DNA of 64,000 nt. Source: an uncultured Bacteroidales bacterium (GTDB taxonomy: Bacteria; Bacteroidota; Bacteroidia; Bacteroidales; FEN-979). The stretch covers positions 743 through 64,742 of the forward strand of contig CAIYJU010000058.1 of NCBI GenBank assembly GCA_903926565.1, given 5' to 3'. Position 1 is the stretch's first letter. Every line of letters begins with the position of its first letter. A program made the translations under genes and the position numbers. Positions 41,093-51,497 of this stretch are shown one piece after another. The notes beneath the pieces are model-generated. The model did not search any database. It was not told where the DNA came from and saw nothing but the letters and a program-made list of their open reading frames with translations.

Positions 41093-42912
41093 TTCTGAAT
41101 AATTAGATCAAAGAGTTTTTGGGGATTCGACCGGGTGTATGGAAGACGGATCTTTCCGAAACTTCCGTTGCGGATGAAGAGGTCATCACGGATATGATCG
41201 TATCCAAGGGCTTCGATGCGCTGATCGTCATAAGGTGTTTTGAAAAATAACTGCAGCACGATGTCAGGATGGTATTTATAGATGCTGAACCCATAGTTCC
41301 ATTTGGTGTGGCCGGGGAAAAATTCCTTCAGGCGGGAGTTGCTTTTCGCAATGGTCCGGTCCATCTTGCCCATCAGATCAACCGTGTACCGGTGGGCAAA
41401 GTAGGGTATGGCGCCGCCCCACACTACGGCAATCGTGGTTTCGGGTGTGGTGAGACTCTGAATACTCAGGCCGGTCCTCACCATCTTGCGGTCATCGATC
41501 ACATGAAGTGCATTGTACTTGCACCAGTGGATGTAGGAAAGTCCTTCGAGGCAAAGGAATACGACAATCAGGGTGCTTATCATCACACCGGGGGCATAGA
41601 TGCGTGTTTTCCTTTCATGATCTGCTTTAAAGTAAAAGATCATCATGATTGAGGCCAGGAGAAAAACCACCACCCCGACAGGGTATCTGAGTCCGGCCCA
41701 CAACCATATTACCGTCGGGTAAAAGCCGGAGATCGTATTGCCTGCCGAAGGGAGAAGGAACATCATGTAGCCATACCAGAGGATGCAGAATGAACCCATG
41801 AGCACCAGGAGCAAACGAATGGGTTTTAAACCTGAGATAAGTTTTTCAAGCACGATTACGGTAAACACCAGCAGTAAGGGTATTGTGATCGTGATGTACC
41901 TGTTCGCATAAGGCATCCATTCCCAGGCATCTCCGCCAACATAGACTGAATAGGCCGACATCATTAAGAATGGCGACAAAATCAGCAGATATCGTGAATC
42001 AATCAATTTTTTAAGCTGTGTAACAACTCCAAGGAACAGAATGAGCAGAACCGGGATGAAAAAAGCGACAAGCCATTTAAAATAGACCAGGAGTCCGCGT
42101 AAGATCCGGTCGGTCACGGGTGTTCCGCTCACCTTCAGGTAAAAGGTGTTGGGCAGCGGATCATGGTAGTAAAGAATGCGGAAAAGGGTATGCCCGCCCA
42201 TGAAAAGCACCAGCGTTCCGGCAAAAAGGAGAATGACACGAATCCGGTTTCTTCTCTCCACATTAAAACTCAGCCAGCTCCCGATGATGAAGAACAGGAG
42301 GATGCAATCGGTTCGGGTAAGGAGCATGAGTCCAAGGATCAGTAAAAGAAGTGCGAACTTCTTTCCGGAGAACTTTTTGTTAAGCTTTAGTGAGAGCAGG
42401 ACGACATAACTCAGCAGCAATGTGATGATCCCGACTTCCATTCCCCGGATTGTCCAGTAGATCAGGGCATAATTAAAGGCACTTAAAGCCATGGATGCCA
42501 GTATGACAGATGCGTTGCCGGTGTATTCTGACGTTATCTTCCTGATGAGGTTGATGTTTGTCAGCAGGATTGCTGCTCCTGAGATGGCAACTACCAGGGA
42601 TGTTTTGCTTTCGGGCACCCGGAAAAGATGAATAACCGCCATCCATAATGTCCACAGGAAGTTGGTATAACCCTCGATGTACTCGCCCCGGTTCCATACC
42701 AATCCGTAACCATCGGCCATATTCCGTGCATAGCGCATGGCGATCATGGCATCGTCGAACAGGGAGAAGTAGGTGGTGTCGCCGATCAGGAAACCAGTTC
42801 TGATGATGAAGGCAAGATAGTAGAAAAGGGCAAGAGCATAGATGACCCATGAACCCTGCCAGAGGAGTTGCTGATTCCTTTTTAAACCTTCCAGGTTTTT
42901 GCTAATCAGCAT
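41089..42912 (-). CDS. Polytopic membrane protein, GT-C-like glycosyltransferase candidate
   Basis: About 13 TM helices. First-loop motif [40 protein letters not shown]-terminal soluble domain of about 130 aa. Confidence 0.5.
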   Translation of the reverse strand: MLISKNLEGLKRNQQLLWQGSWVIYALALFYYLAFIIRTGFLIGDTTYFSLFDDAMIAMRYARNMADGYGLVWNRGEYIEGYTNFLWTLWMAVIHLFRVPESKTSLVVAISGAAILLTNINLIRKITSEYTGNASVILASMALSAFNYALIYWTIRGMEVGIITLLLSYVVLLSLKLNKKFSGKKFALLLLILGLMLLTRTDCILLFFIIGSWLSFNVERRNRIRVILLFAGTLVLFMGGHTLFRILYYHDPLPNTFYLKVSGTPVTDRILRGLLVYFKWLVAFFIPVLLILFLGVVTQLKKLIDSRYLLILSPFLMMSAYSVYVGGDAWEWMPYANRYITITIPLLLVFTVIVLEKLISGLKPIRLLLVLMGSFCILWYGYMMFLLPSAGNTISGFYPTVIWLWAGLRYPVGVVVFLLASIMMIFYFKADHERKTRIYAPGVMISTLIVVFLCLEGLSYIHWCKYNALHVIDDRKMVRTGLSIQSLTTPETTIAVVWGGAIPYFAHRYTVDLMGKMDRTIAKSNSRLKEFFPGHTKWNYGFSIYKYHPDIVLQLFFKTPYDDQRIEALGYDHIRDDLFIRNGSFGKIRLPYTRSNPQKLFDLIIQK

Positions 42913-44548
42913 TGGCAGGGTTATTTAAGTGGAGGAGATTTTTTGAGAACAAACCTGGAAGGTTTTGCCAGGTAGCATCATTCTCGTTAATTTCAAACAA
43001 GGTTACGGTCAAGGATCCAATGAGGATCTGCCTGTTTCCGGTATACCAGAGGTATGCCTGCAGCCGGTCATTCTCCTGCGGATCACGGATCAGGTAATTG
43101 AGTGTGACCTCATTCCATTGACCGGATTTCATCTTTTGGCCATTGACCGGCGCTCCCATCCAGTTAAATGCTTTTTGATCCCGGAGGAGGGTGATGACCA
43201 GGCTCCCGCCATTTTCGGCGGCCGGGCCGGCATAGAACACCATGGCCCTGGCTTTCAGACCGATCCAGGGTTTTGTTGAAAAGCTTGACAAGGCTGCACT
43301 GATCCCGGGCGAAAACCGGTTTCCTGCGTTAAGCTTCACAGTTGACGCGGGAAGGGTATAGATTCGCTGCGTTTTAAACCATTCAGGATGGTTCATTACT
43401 TCTGTTTCCTCCTTCACATACGTCCGGGCAGCAAACCGCAGTGTGTCTGGAATTTTTGCTTCACGATCGTAGCTGAAAAAAGCGCCTGCCGGTGCATGGG
43501 GGTATTGGTTGAGTTTAACCTGATAACCAATCGAATAACAAAGATTTATCCCAATGAAGCAACAGCAAATAAACAACAGGGCATATTGTACAAAGGATTT
43601 TTTTCCGGCAAGGTACCGGATTAAAAACCCGAGAAGGACAGATCCCAATACAATGTAAGGAATAAACTCCTTTGATGACCCCGAAAGGAAAGTGCCGGTG
43701 TTATAATAGTGATGACCCGTGAAAATCTTCCAGTAGATGATTTGCAAAAATGCTGTGCTGACAAAGATAAATACCATGAATGCCGCGAGATGGGTGTGTT
43801 TACGGAATAACCTTACAGCCATATACCCTATCCAGGGCATCATGACAACGATGTCGAACGGCCTGATGAGGAAGATAATCCCCGCAATCAACCCGGTACC
43901 GATGGCTGTACCATAACCCGGCCGGATGAGGCACCCGGAAGATAAGAGAAGGAGTGCGGCATACAGCGTAAACAGCAGGTTTTCAGGCGCTGCACCGTTA
44001 AAGGCAGCAAGATTTGCATAGCCTGTGGCTGCCACGATAACGATCATGGTAATTGCGGAAATTTTTTCAGAGAAGTGCGACAACAGCAGTTTACGGAGAA
44101 GCCACAATCCCAGTGCGCTCCAGCACAATCCGCCAACAGCCATGGCAACCTGGTAAGGATATGAAAATCCGTCAGCCGGCATCCCGGAGATCAGCGCAAA
44201 GAAATGACCCGTGATGAAGAACGGGGAAAATAGCATTGCCGTTCCCATCGATGAAGTGAAGACCTGGTCGGGAGTACCGGTTTGCAGGAAAGCTTGCCGG
44301 TAGCCGATGAACGGCTGGTAATGCCTGAGTATTTGTTCCACCCATCCAAAGTTGTGAATTCCAAGGTCATCATGGATAAAAAAGGCCGGAAGCCACAGGT
44401 AGTGTGAGGCAACGTCATACGATAGAAAAGCAGTGACATCATGGGTTCCGAACCGTGGGAATAAGAACCGCAGGATAACAAGTCCTGTGAATAATATCCA
44501 GAAGGTCTTCAGGGAAATGGATGCCGGAATCGTGATTTTCAACGCCAC
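42902..44548 (-). CDS. Polytopic membrane protein, second GT-C-like candidate
   Basis: GTG start. About 11 TM helices. First-loop [18 protein letters not shown]-terminal soluble domain of about 190 aa. There is an 11-nt overlap with the next gene. Confidence 0.45.
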   Translation of the reverse strand: MALKITIPASISLKTFWILFTGLVILRFLFPRFGTHDVTAFLSYDVASHYLWLPAFFIHDDLGIHNFGWVEQILRHYQPFIGYRQAFLQTGTPDQVFTSSMGTAMLFSPFFITGHFFALISGMPADGFSYPYQVAMAVGGLCWSALGLWLLRKLLLSHFSEKISAITMIVIVAATGYANLAAFNGAAPENLLFTLYAALLLLSSGCLIRPGYGTAIGTGLIAGIIFLIRPFDIVVMMPWIGYMAVRLFRKHTHLAAFMVFIFVSTAFLQIIYWKIFTGHHYYNTGTFLSGSSKEFIPYIVLGSVLLGFLIRYLAGKKSFVQYALLFICCCFIGINLCYSIGYQVKLNQYPHAPAGAFFSYDREAKIPDTLRFAARTYVKEETEVMNHPEWFKTQRIYTLPASTVKLNAGNRFSPGISAALSSFSTKPWIGLKARAMVFYAGPAAENGGSLVITLLRDQKAFNWMGAPVNGQKMKSGQWNEVTLNYLIRDPQENDRLQAYLWYTGNRQILIGSLTVTLFEINENDATWQNLPGLFSKNLLHLNNPANAD

Positions 44549-44569
44549 AAGGAGAGATCATTTATCCGG

Positions 44570-44577
44570 CAAAGGTA
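44570..44577 (-). promoter_or_regulatory. Putative -7 box for the glycosyltransferase operon
   Basis: The minus strand reads TACCTTTG (TAnnTTTG), 21 nt upstream of the GTG at 44548. Confidence 0.35.
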
Positions 44578-44595
44578 AAAAATCTATCAGTAGGG

Positions 44596-47013
44596 TTACA
44601 TTCCGTTGTCAAACTCAAATTTCGCCTCCCTGGCTTTCTTTCCGTTGGTTCCGAAGTTGAATATAATGCCGCCATAGATTACCCGGGCATCGCGGCGGCG
44701 GGTTGAATTCTGAATCATGGTGGCCGTGTTGATGCTGGTTTTCATGGATTGTGAGTCGAAGAGATCGGAAACAGTCGCGATCAGCGAAAGTTTTTTCTTC
44801 CAGAAATCCTGCCTGAACCCGAGGTTTATAACCCAGGTTGGTTTGCGGAACCCCTGCGGAGTGAGGACTTCGGAGCGGTACTGGCCGTTGACCTGGAACA
44901 GGGTGGTTTTGGTGATGCTGATGGAACCATTGAGTTTGGCGTTCCATGAAAAAGTCGATTTCGCACTGCTGTAACCGATGTTGGAGGCATCGATCTGGCT
45001 GTAGTAACCCGAAAGGCCGAAGTTCAGGTTGATGATCTTCGCAATTTGTGCTGTTCCGCTGAAGTCGAGTCCGGCCGATTGGTCTTTCGCAAGGTTTTCG
45101 AATGTGGTTATAAGCACGGTATCATTCAGCGGGGTTGTGACCATCGTGAACCCGTTTACCTTATACCGGTAAAAAAGTGTTGGAATCAGGTTCACCGCAT
45201 CCAGCTTTATGGCGTAGCCAAATTCAAGTGAGTGAATATCCTCGGGCTTCAGCCCGGGGTTCCCCACAAAAAGGTTACGCGGGTCGCGGTATTCGGGGAC
45301 AGGATTCATATCCTCTCCATCCGGGCGGTTTACCCGTTTGCTGTAGTTTAACTGCCATTCGTTTTTTCCGGAAGCAAGACTCATGTGAATTGTCGGATAG
45401 AGTGCAAAATAGTTGGTATTTGTCAGGGTGTCAAGGGTCCTGAATTCAAGGTGTACCAAGGCTTCCTCCGCCCGCAGGCCGGCCATCACACTAAACTTCT
45501 TCCAGCTCCAGCTTACGGTGGAGTAAAATGCATGAACTGTCTGCCGTGCGTAAAAGCTGTTATATTGCGCAGTGTCGCTGACCCATTGGGAGGTTTGTCC
45601 GTTCCAGTCATATACATTTTGTACCTGGTCGGTGAGTTGCATGGTGCCTTCATAACCGGCTTCAAGGGCAGCATCTTCCCAAAGCGGACGGGTGTAATTC
45701 ACTGAAAGGTTCAGATTCCCCTGGCTGTTTTTTCCGGTAACCCTGTTTTTTTCTTCCGGGTAAGTGTCGGGAAATGAATAATCGTTGGTATAGTAATGAT
45801 CCTCTGATTCCGCATCCGACTGGTATTCAAAGTCAGCCTTCAGCACATGCTCGTCTTTGGCATTGAAGGTGTGTTCATAATATGTTTTCAACCCCAGGCT
45901 TGACTCGTCCTCCTCCCCGTCATGATACCGGGTGAATATCTCGCCGGGCTGCATGGTTGAATCCTTGTAAACATTGTCGGTCACATCATCACGTTCTACT
46001 TTCCTGATATTGACTGTGCCGGAGAGTCCTGTGACGTCCTTTTTCGTTGGCGACCAGTCGATGCCAAGCTGGCCGAGGTGTGATTTAGGTTTTGCAAAGC
46101 CGTTGGTATTCTGATCGTAATAAGTTGAGGTGTTCTGCGCTGTATCGATGGTTTGTGTTGAACTTACGCTCGTTCGCTGACGGTAATCCTGCCGGAAGCC
46201 ATAGCTCCCGAAAAGATTGACTTTCCCGGTATTGAAATTGAGCTGAAGGTTTGTATTGTAACGGTCGTTGCTTCCGACATTGGCGCCAAAAATGCCATTA
46301 AGCCCGGTTTTTTGCTCCTTCTTCAGAATGATGTTGATGATACCGGCTGTTCCGTCTGGCTTATATTTGGCGGACGGGTTCGTGATGACTTCAATCTTCT
46401 CTATCAATGCTGCGGGCATTTGTTCAAGATTGGCAGCGCCTGCCATTACCGATGGTCTTCCGTTGATGAGGACTGTCACGCTTCCCGATCCGCGGAGGCT
46501 GACATTGCCGTCCATGTCCACGGAAACAGACGGGATGGTTTGCAGCACATCGCTCACGGTGCCGGTTTGGGCCTGGATATCTTTCTGAACATTAAATACC
46601 TTCCGGTCAATTTTGTTCACCATCATCGATTTCTCGGCAGTAATGGTAACTTCATCCATGGTCGTGGCGGATGATGAAAGCGCTAAAACACCTAACTCGC
46701 ACTGAGGTTGCTTCCGGGTAATGCTGAATGTCTTTGACCTTTGCTTTTCATAGCCGATAAAGGTGTATTCAAGATAGTAAGAACCCAACGGAACATCTTT
46801 CATCCTGAAATACCCGTTGCTGTCTGACACCACGCCGGTAACCATCTTGTGGTTCACCGTATCACGAAGCACGATGTTGGCATACTCAACCGGGGTGCGG
46901 GTTTGTTGTTCCATCACCCGGCCTGAGACCATCCCGGGATTTTTGATTTGTGAAAACAAGGATAATGGAATCACAAAGAAAAGAAGTATAATAACAGCAA
47001 ACCAGTTTAACAT
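44596..47013 (-). CDS. TonB-dependent receptor with N-terminal carboxypeptidase-regulatory-like domain
   Basis: Signal peptide MLNWFAVIILLFFVIPLSLFSQ. VSGRVMEQQTRTPVEYANIVLRD (CarboxypepD_reg-like), a plug region (VSLRGSGSVTVLINGRP) and a long barrel. The ATG at 47013 is preferred over the TTG at 47028. Confidence 0.85.
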   Translation of the reverse strand: MLNWFAVIILLFFVIPLSLFSQIKNPGMVSGRVMEQQTRTPVEYANIVLRDTVNHKMVTGVVSDSNGYFRMKDVPLGSYYLEYTFIGYEKQRSKTFSITRKQPQCELGVLALSSSATTMDEVTITAEKSMMVNKIDRKVFNVQKDIQAQTGTVSDVLQTIPSVSVDMDGNVSLRGSGSVTVLINGRPSVMAGAANLEQMPAALIEKIEVITNPSAKYKPDGTAGIINIILKKEQKTGLNGIFGANVGSNDRYNTNLQLNFNTGKVNLFGSYGFRQDYRQRTSVSSTQTIDTAQNTSTYYDQNTNGFAKPKSHLGQLGIDWSPTKKDVTGLSGTVNIRKVERDDVTDNVYKDSTMQPGEIFTRYHDGEEDESSLGLKTYYEHTFNAKDEHVLKADFEYQSDAESEDHYYTNDYSFPDTYPEEKNRVTGKNSQGNLNLSVNYTRPLWEDAALEAGYEGTMQLTDQVQNVYDWNGQTSQWVSDTAQYNSFYARQTVHAFYSTVSWSWKKFSVMAGLRAEEALVHLEFRTLDTLTNTNYFALYPTIHMSLASGKNEWQLNYSKRVNRPDGEDMNPVPEYRDPRNLFVGNPGLKPEDIHSLEFGYAIKLDAVNLIPTLFYRYKVNGFTMVTTPLNDTVLITTFENLAKDQSAGLDFSGTAQIAKIINLNFGLSGYYSQIDASNIGYSSAKSTFSWNAKLNGSISITKTTLFQVNGQYRSEVLTPQGFRKPTWVINLGFRQDFWKKKLSLIATVSDLFDSQSMKTSINTATMIQNSTRRRDARVIYGGIIFNFGTNGKKAREAKFEFDNGM

Positions 47014-47038
47014 GGAGCATCGGAGCAAAAGAGATTTG

Positions 47039-47046
47039 CAAAGTTA
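47039..47046 (-). promoter_or_regulatory. Putative -7 box upstream of the TonB-dependent receptor gene
   Basis: The minus strand reads TAACTTTG. Confidence 0.35.
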
Positions 47047-47120
47047 ACGATTTCATGAAGGTGCCTGAATCTTCTAGACAGGATGGCAGAATATGACTGC
47101 AAAATGGAAAATTTGGTCGA

Positions 47121-48338
47121 TTATTCTGCAGGAATCAATTTTAGGCATCGCAACACCCCAAGAGTGACCAGCTTCCTGGCTACTGTAAAATCTTCAACCT
47201 TTTCCTGGTCGTTTGGTTCAACCAGGGTTGTGATGTAATAAACCCGGCCTTTGGTTTCAACATATCCCACGAACCACCCGTAATTTAACCCGTTCCGGAT
47301 TGCCCAGCCGGTTTTGCCGCTCAGGGTATAATTATCTTTAACTTCATTTATCATGATTTCCTTTACTGCCTGTATCACAGAAGGTTTCAACCGGAGCCTT
47401 CCTTCATAGAGATTCCTGATAAATTGCATTTGCTGGCGTGGTGTGATCCTTGAACCTCCTTCGAGCCAGAAGAGGTCGATGTTGTCAGTATGAACATCCA
47501 TGCCGGGATACCCTATTTTTCCAAGATATGAAATCATTCGATCCGAACCAATCTTTCTGGCCAACTCCTGGAAGCAGGGGACACAGGATACCTGGAAGGC
47601 TTTACGCAGTGAAAGATCCTGTTCCCATTGAGGGAGCCTGCGTTTCTCTCCATTCCACCGAAAGATATACCCTGTGTCAATGACGCCGGTCTCCAGCCCG
47701 ATGAGCATGTTGGCGATTTTAAATGTGGATGCCGGCAGGTATCCGCTGTCCCAGAGTGCAGCATTGTAACCAAAACACCTGTCATCATCCTTTTGGCTGA
47801 TGATGGTGGTGCCGGACATGTTGTACCGGTCGAAAACACTTTTCAGGAGCAGGACAGAGTCGGAGCCCGATTTCATCAGTGTAACATTTTTAATGATGTC
47901 ATTGGGTATCGTGGCTGAAAGTACGTACTGCGCAATCTTCCACCTGCTATTTACTTTCTGAAGTACGCCTGAACCACGACAGACTCCCATCTGTGTGTCG
48001 AGCAACTCGTCAAACCACGCAGTTGCAACATTTTCACCAACAAATAAATGCCTGTTGAAAGGTTTAAAATCCCATGTCGTTTTTTTGTCAAAGTACGGTT
48101 TGCTCCAGGTACTGAATTCAGCTCTGGTCCAGTTTTCAGTGGCATCGGTACCTATGAAGACGCCATTGTCAGTCATGGCGCCTATATATACCTCATGGTT
48201 GAATGTTGCAGCATCATGGTGCCACTTGTCGAGAACCTGGTTCAACAGGATTTTTAGACTGTCATTGTTATTCTGAGCATCCAATGGCTGCTGACTTACA
48301 AAAAGAACAACAATGAAAAACGATATAACTATCTTCAT
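47121..48338 (-). CDS. Secreted fusion: NTF2/SnoaL-like domain + class D (OXA-type) beta-lactamase/PBP-transpeptidase-like domain
   Basis: Signal peptide. An approximately 140-aa N-terminal domain (LLNQVLDKWHHDAATFNHEVYIGAMTDNGVFIG...RWKIAQYVLSATIP). Then S-T-F-K (aa 204-207), S-C-V, K-T-G (SGKTGW) and GWFVGYVE. The usual YGN position reads YPG. Confidence 0.7.
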   Translation of the reverse strand: MKIVISFFIVVLFVSQQPLDAQNNNDSLKILLNQVLDKWHHDAATFNHEVYIGAMTDNGVFIGTDATENWTRAEFSTWSKPYFDKKTTWDFKPFNRHLFVGENVATAWFDELLDTQMGVCRGSGVLQKVNSRWKIAQYVLSATIPNDIIKNVTLMKSGSDSVLLLKSVFDRYNMSGTTIISQKDDDRCFGYNAALWDSGYLPASTFKIANMLIGLETGVIDTGYIFRWNGEKRRLPQWEQDLSLRKAFQVSCVPCFQELARKIGSDRMISYLGKIGYPGMDVHTDNIDLFWLEGGSRITPRQQMQFIRNLYEGRLRLKPSVIQAVKEIMINEVKDNYTLSGKTGWAIRNGLNYGWFVGYVETKGRVYYITTLVEPNDQEKVEDFTVARKLVTLGVLRCLKLIPAE

Positions 48339-48352
48339 AAACGATTTTTTTA

Positions 48353-48390
48353 TCTGCGAAAATCAGCGCCCTTTTCTGCGAAAATCAGCG
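48353..48390. repeat. 2 x 16-nt direct repeat tctgcgaaaatcagcg (phased CTGCG/CAGCG words)
   Basis: Copies at 48353-48368 and 48375-48390. Pentamers start at 48354, 48364, 48376 and 48386 (spacing 10/12/10). Confidence 0.85.
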
Positions 48391-48409
48391 AGAAATTTTT
48401 ATTTAATGC

Positions 48410-49051
48410 TTAAAATGAAAATCCCAGCCGATATGTCGTCGCACTATAATACGGAGAAGACGATCCGTGAAGAACATCATACAGCACCGCCATGTTGATG
48501 CCGAAACGCCTTCCCAGCCTTATGTTGAGCCCTGCACCCAGGAACCAGGAATCAACATATTCATTGTCGATGGTCAGGGTGCTCCAGTCGCTGACATACT
48601 GGCTGTTAATACCCTGATATTCTGTCCACAGGTAGAAAAACTTCAGGAGTTGGGCCCGGGCAAAGATCTTGCCACCCAGTCCGTTAAGGTTCTTATCGGC
48701 ATCCCGTTGGTAATTGATGATATAGGTAGGGCCTGCACCGATACTCAGGATTTTCGGGAACCGATATGATACCAGCAGCGAGAGCTCTCCGAAAACCTGG
48801 CTGGGGTTGATCCAGAAGCTGGTGCCAAGATCGAAATCAATCCGGTCCTTCAACGGTCTTGTATCTTTATGTACACGAGCTGGCACAGGTTGTTCCTGTA
48901 CTTTCGTGGTGACAGGCACCTTTTTGCCAGCGGTGTCACTGGTTGGGGTCCCTGTTTTATGAATTGTATCGGCAGGTGTGACAGGAATTTGAGCAAACAG
49001 CCCAATGGAAAGAAACAAGAGAACTGGCAGTGTAAATATGAATTTTGTCAT
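48410..49051 (-). CDS. Putative outer-membrane beta-barrel protein
   Basis: Signal peptide MTKFIFTLPVLLFLSIGLFAQ, a Pro/Thr-rich linker, alternating beta-strands, and a C-terminal ...YRLGFSF beta-signal ending in Phe. Confidence 0.55.
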   Translation of the reverse strand: MTKFIFTLPVLLFLSIGLFAQIPVTPADTIHKTGTPTSDTAGKKVPVTTKVQEQPVPARVHKDTRPLKDRIDFDLGTSFWINPSQVFGELSLLVSYRFPKILSIGAGPTYIINYQRDADKNLNGLGGKIFARAQLLKFFYLWTEYQGINSQYVSDWSTLTIDNEYVDSWFLGAGLNIRLGRRFGINMAVLYDVLHGSSSPYYSATTYRLGFSF

Positions 49052-49217
49052 AGTTTTTTTGACAAAAGTAGTAAAAACTGTTCAGCCTTATGGCAGGTCA
49101 GAGTTCATTTAAGTGAATCCCGGCATATTGTTACGGCCTGATTATTTTTCACGGAAGTGCTGATTAAATTTTCAGACCTTTGGCAAAAATTCTGCTGTTT
49201 CAAGAAACCCCTGATCC

Positions 49218-50231
49218 ATGATTGATTTAAGAAGTGATACTGTTACCCGTCCCTCGGCAGGGATGCTTGAAGCAATGACCTCAGCAAAAGTCGGCGATGA
49301 TGTTTTCGGGGATGATCCCACCGTGAATGAACTGGAAGAAAAGGCTGCCATGCTTTTTGGCAAAGAAGCTGCCCTATTCTGTCCTTCAGGAACGATGACC
49401 AACCAGATCGCCATCAATGTCCACACGAGGCCGGGGGATGAGGTGATCTGTCATCACTATTCGCATGTCTATTATTACGAAGGCGGCGCCATGATGCGCA
49501 ACTCCGGGGTTTCAGTGTGCCTGCTCGGAGGGGCCCGCGGACAGATTTCAGCGGAGGAAATAGCAGCTCATATCAACCCCGACGACATCCACCGGCCTGT
49601 GACCTCCCTGGTGGAGGTTGAAAATACGATGAATAAAGGCGGAGGCACGATATACAAATACGAAGATCTTGTTTCCATTTCGAATGTATGCCGAAAGAAT
49701 GACCTGAAGCTGCACCTCGACGGGGCCCGAATCTTCAACGCCATTGTTGAAACAGGCGTGAAACCTGAAGCGTACGCCCGGTTATTCGACTCTGTATCCG
49801 TTTGTCTTTCAAAAGGGCTGGGCGCACCCATTGGCTCCCTGCTGATCGGGGATAAGCCGTTTATCAAACGTGCCAGGAGGGTGCGGAAGGCCTTTGGCGG
49901 CGCCATGCGCCAGGCGGGGTACCTTGCCGCAGCGGGAATCTATGCTCTGAACAACAATATTGGCCGGCTGAAGGTTGATAACAACCGGGCAAAGCATCTT
50001 GGCGATCTGCTCTCAGGCTTGCCGTTTGTTGAAGAAATGATACCTGTAGAATCCAACATTGTGATTTTCAAACTGCGGGAAAAGGATGGAGCGAAAGCTT
50101 TCCTGGCCAGGTTAAAGGAACACGACATTCATGCCCTGCCCTTTGACCCTCAAACCGTGCGTTTTGTCACCCACCTTGATTTCAGCGATTCAATGCTCGA
50201 AACAGTCGAAACAGTCTTGAGAAAATTCTAG
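49218..50231 (+). CDS. ltaE: Low-specificity L-threonine aldolase
   Basis: [32 protein letters not shown] and CLSKGLGAP (PLP Lys); 337 aa. Confidence 0.9.
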   Translation: MIDLRSDTVTRPSAGMLEAMTSAKVGDDVFGDDPTVNELEEKAAMLFGKEAALFCPSGTMTNQIAINVHTRPGDEVICHHYSHVYYYEGGAMMRNSGVSVCLLGGARGQISAEEIAAHINPDDIHRPVTSLVEVENTMNKGGGTIYKYEDLVSISNVCRKNDLKLHLDGARIFNAIVETGVKPEAYARLFDSVSVCLSKGLGAPIGSLLIGDKPFIKRARRVRKAFGGAMRQAGYLAAAGIYALNNNIGRLKVDNNRAKHLGDLLSGLPFVEEMIPVESNIVIFKLREKDGAKAFLARLKEHDIHALPFDPQTVRFVTHLDFSDSMLETVETVLRKF

Positions 50232-50257
50232 TTCACCCCCCCCAGTTCAACCTTCGT

Positions 50258-50285
50258 TATTCAATATTCAATATTCGATATTCAC
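50258..50285. repeat. 4 x 7-nt tandem repeat (tattcaa tattcaa tattcga tattcac)
   Basis: Direct reading. It is preceded by a C8 homopolymer (50236-50243). It lies between convergent ltaE and thiL and overlaps the thiL stop. Confidence 0.8.
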
Positions 50286-51355
50286 CTCCCTTCCTTCATC
50301 CCATCCCACCCCTGCGCAAGAATAGGGATTGACTTCCCGTCGGGTGTGATCATGAATTTTCCTTCTGAGGCGGAGGTAATGTGCCCGATAATGGAAATTC
50401 CGGAGATATCTTTTAACTTTTCGTAATCCTCCTGTTTCACGGTGAAAAGGAGCTCGTAATCTTCACCGCCGCTCAGGGCTGCAACACTTGGGATGATCTT
50501 GTACTCTTTGGCAAGTTCGCGGGTATCTTCATCGATGGGGATTTTCGCTTCGAAAAGCTTGCATCCCACGCCCGATTGCTTGCAGATATGAAGAATTTCA
50601 GAGGCCAGACCGTCGGAAATGTCGATCATGGCAGTTGGTTTAACGCCGATTCCAAGGAGCAGGTTCCTGATGTCTGTCCTGGCTTCAGGCCTGAGCTGGC
50701 GCCCGATCTGGTAATCGAAACCGGTGAGTTCCGGCTGCATGTTCGGGTCAACCTGGAACACCGACTTCTCCCGTTCGAGGATGAGGAGCCCGATGTAGGC
50801 GCTTCCGAGGTCGCCGGTAACGCAGAGCAGGTCACCCGATTTTGCCCCGCTGCGATAGGTCACCTCCTCTTTGTTTGCCTCGCCGATGATGGTAACGGAG
50901 ATCATCATGCCCTTTACATTCGAGCTGGTATCGCCGCCTACAAGGTCAACTTTGTATTTGTCACAGGCCATCACAACACCTGCATAAAGCTCATCGAGGG
51001 CCTCCGCCGAAAACCGGCTTGATACTGCCAGCGAGACGGTCATCTGTTTGGGAATGCCGTTCATGGCGGCAATGTCGGAGATGTTCACCACGGCGGCCTT
51101 GTAGCCAAGGTGCTTGAATGGCATGTAGGTCAGGTCGAAATGGATCCCTTCCACAAGCAGGTCGGTTGAAAGGAGCATCACTTTGTCGCCGGAGCCGATC
51201 ACAGCCGCATCATCACCGATGCCCTTCAATGTATCCGGATGATAGTGTTTTACATTCCTGGTTAACCTGTCAATCAGGCCGAATTCACCCAGTTCTGCCA
51301 GGGAGGTAAGCTTTGATTTGGCTTCACTGGTTTTTTTATCTTTTTTCTCGTACAT
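50282..51355 (-). CDS. thiL: Thiamine-monophosphate kinase
   Basis: GEFGLIDRLT, IGDDAAV and the AIR-synthase-like fold pattern; 357 aa. Confidence 0.85.
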   Translation of the reverse strand: MYEKKDKKTSEAKSKLTSLAELGEFGLIDRLTRNVKHYHPDTLKGIGDDAAVIGSGDKVMLLSTDLLVEGIHFDLTYMPFKHLGYKAAVVNISDIAAMNGIPKQMTVSLAVSSRFSAEALDELYAGVVMACDKYKVDLVGGDTSSNVKGMMISVTIIGEANKEEVTYRSGAKSGDLLCVTGDLGSAYIGLLILEREKSVFQVDPNMQPELTGFDYQIGRQLRPEARTDIRNLLLGIGVKPTAMIDISDGLASEILHICKQSGVGCKLFEAKIPIDEDTRELAKEYKIIPSVAALSGGEDYELLFTVKQEDYEKLKDISGISIIGHITSASEGKFMITPDGKSIPILAQGWDGMKEGR

Positions 51356-51497
51356 GCTGATTTAAAATTCAAAAGGCAAAATTACAACTTAAAAATAAGA
51401 AGATTGGAGATACAAGTAATAATATCATTAATTTAGTCTCCTGTAAATCATCATCTTTCGGTTAGATTAATCAGAATCCATTTTCAACTCTTTCAGC

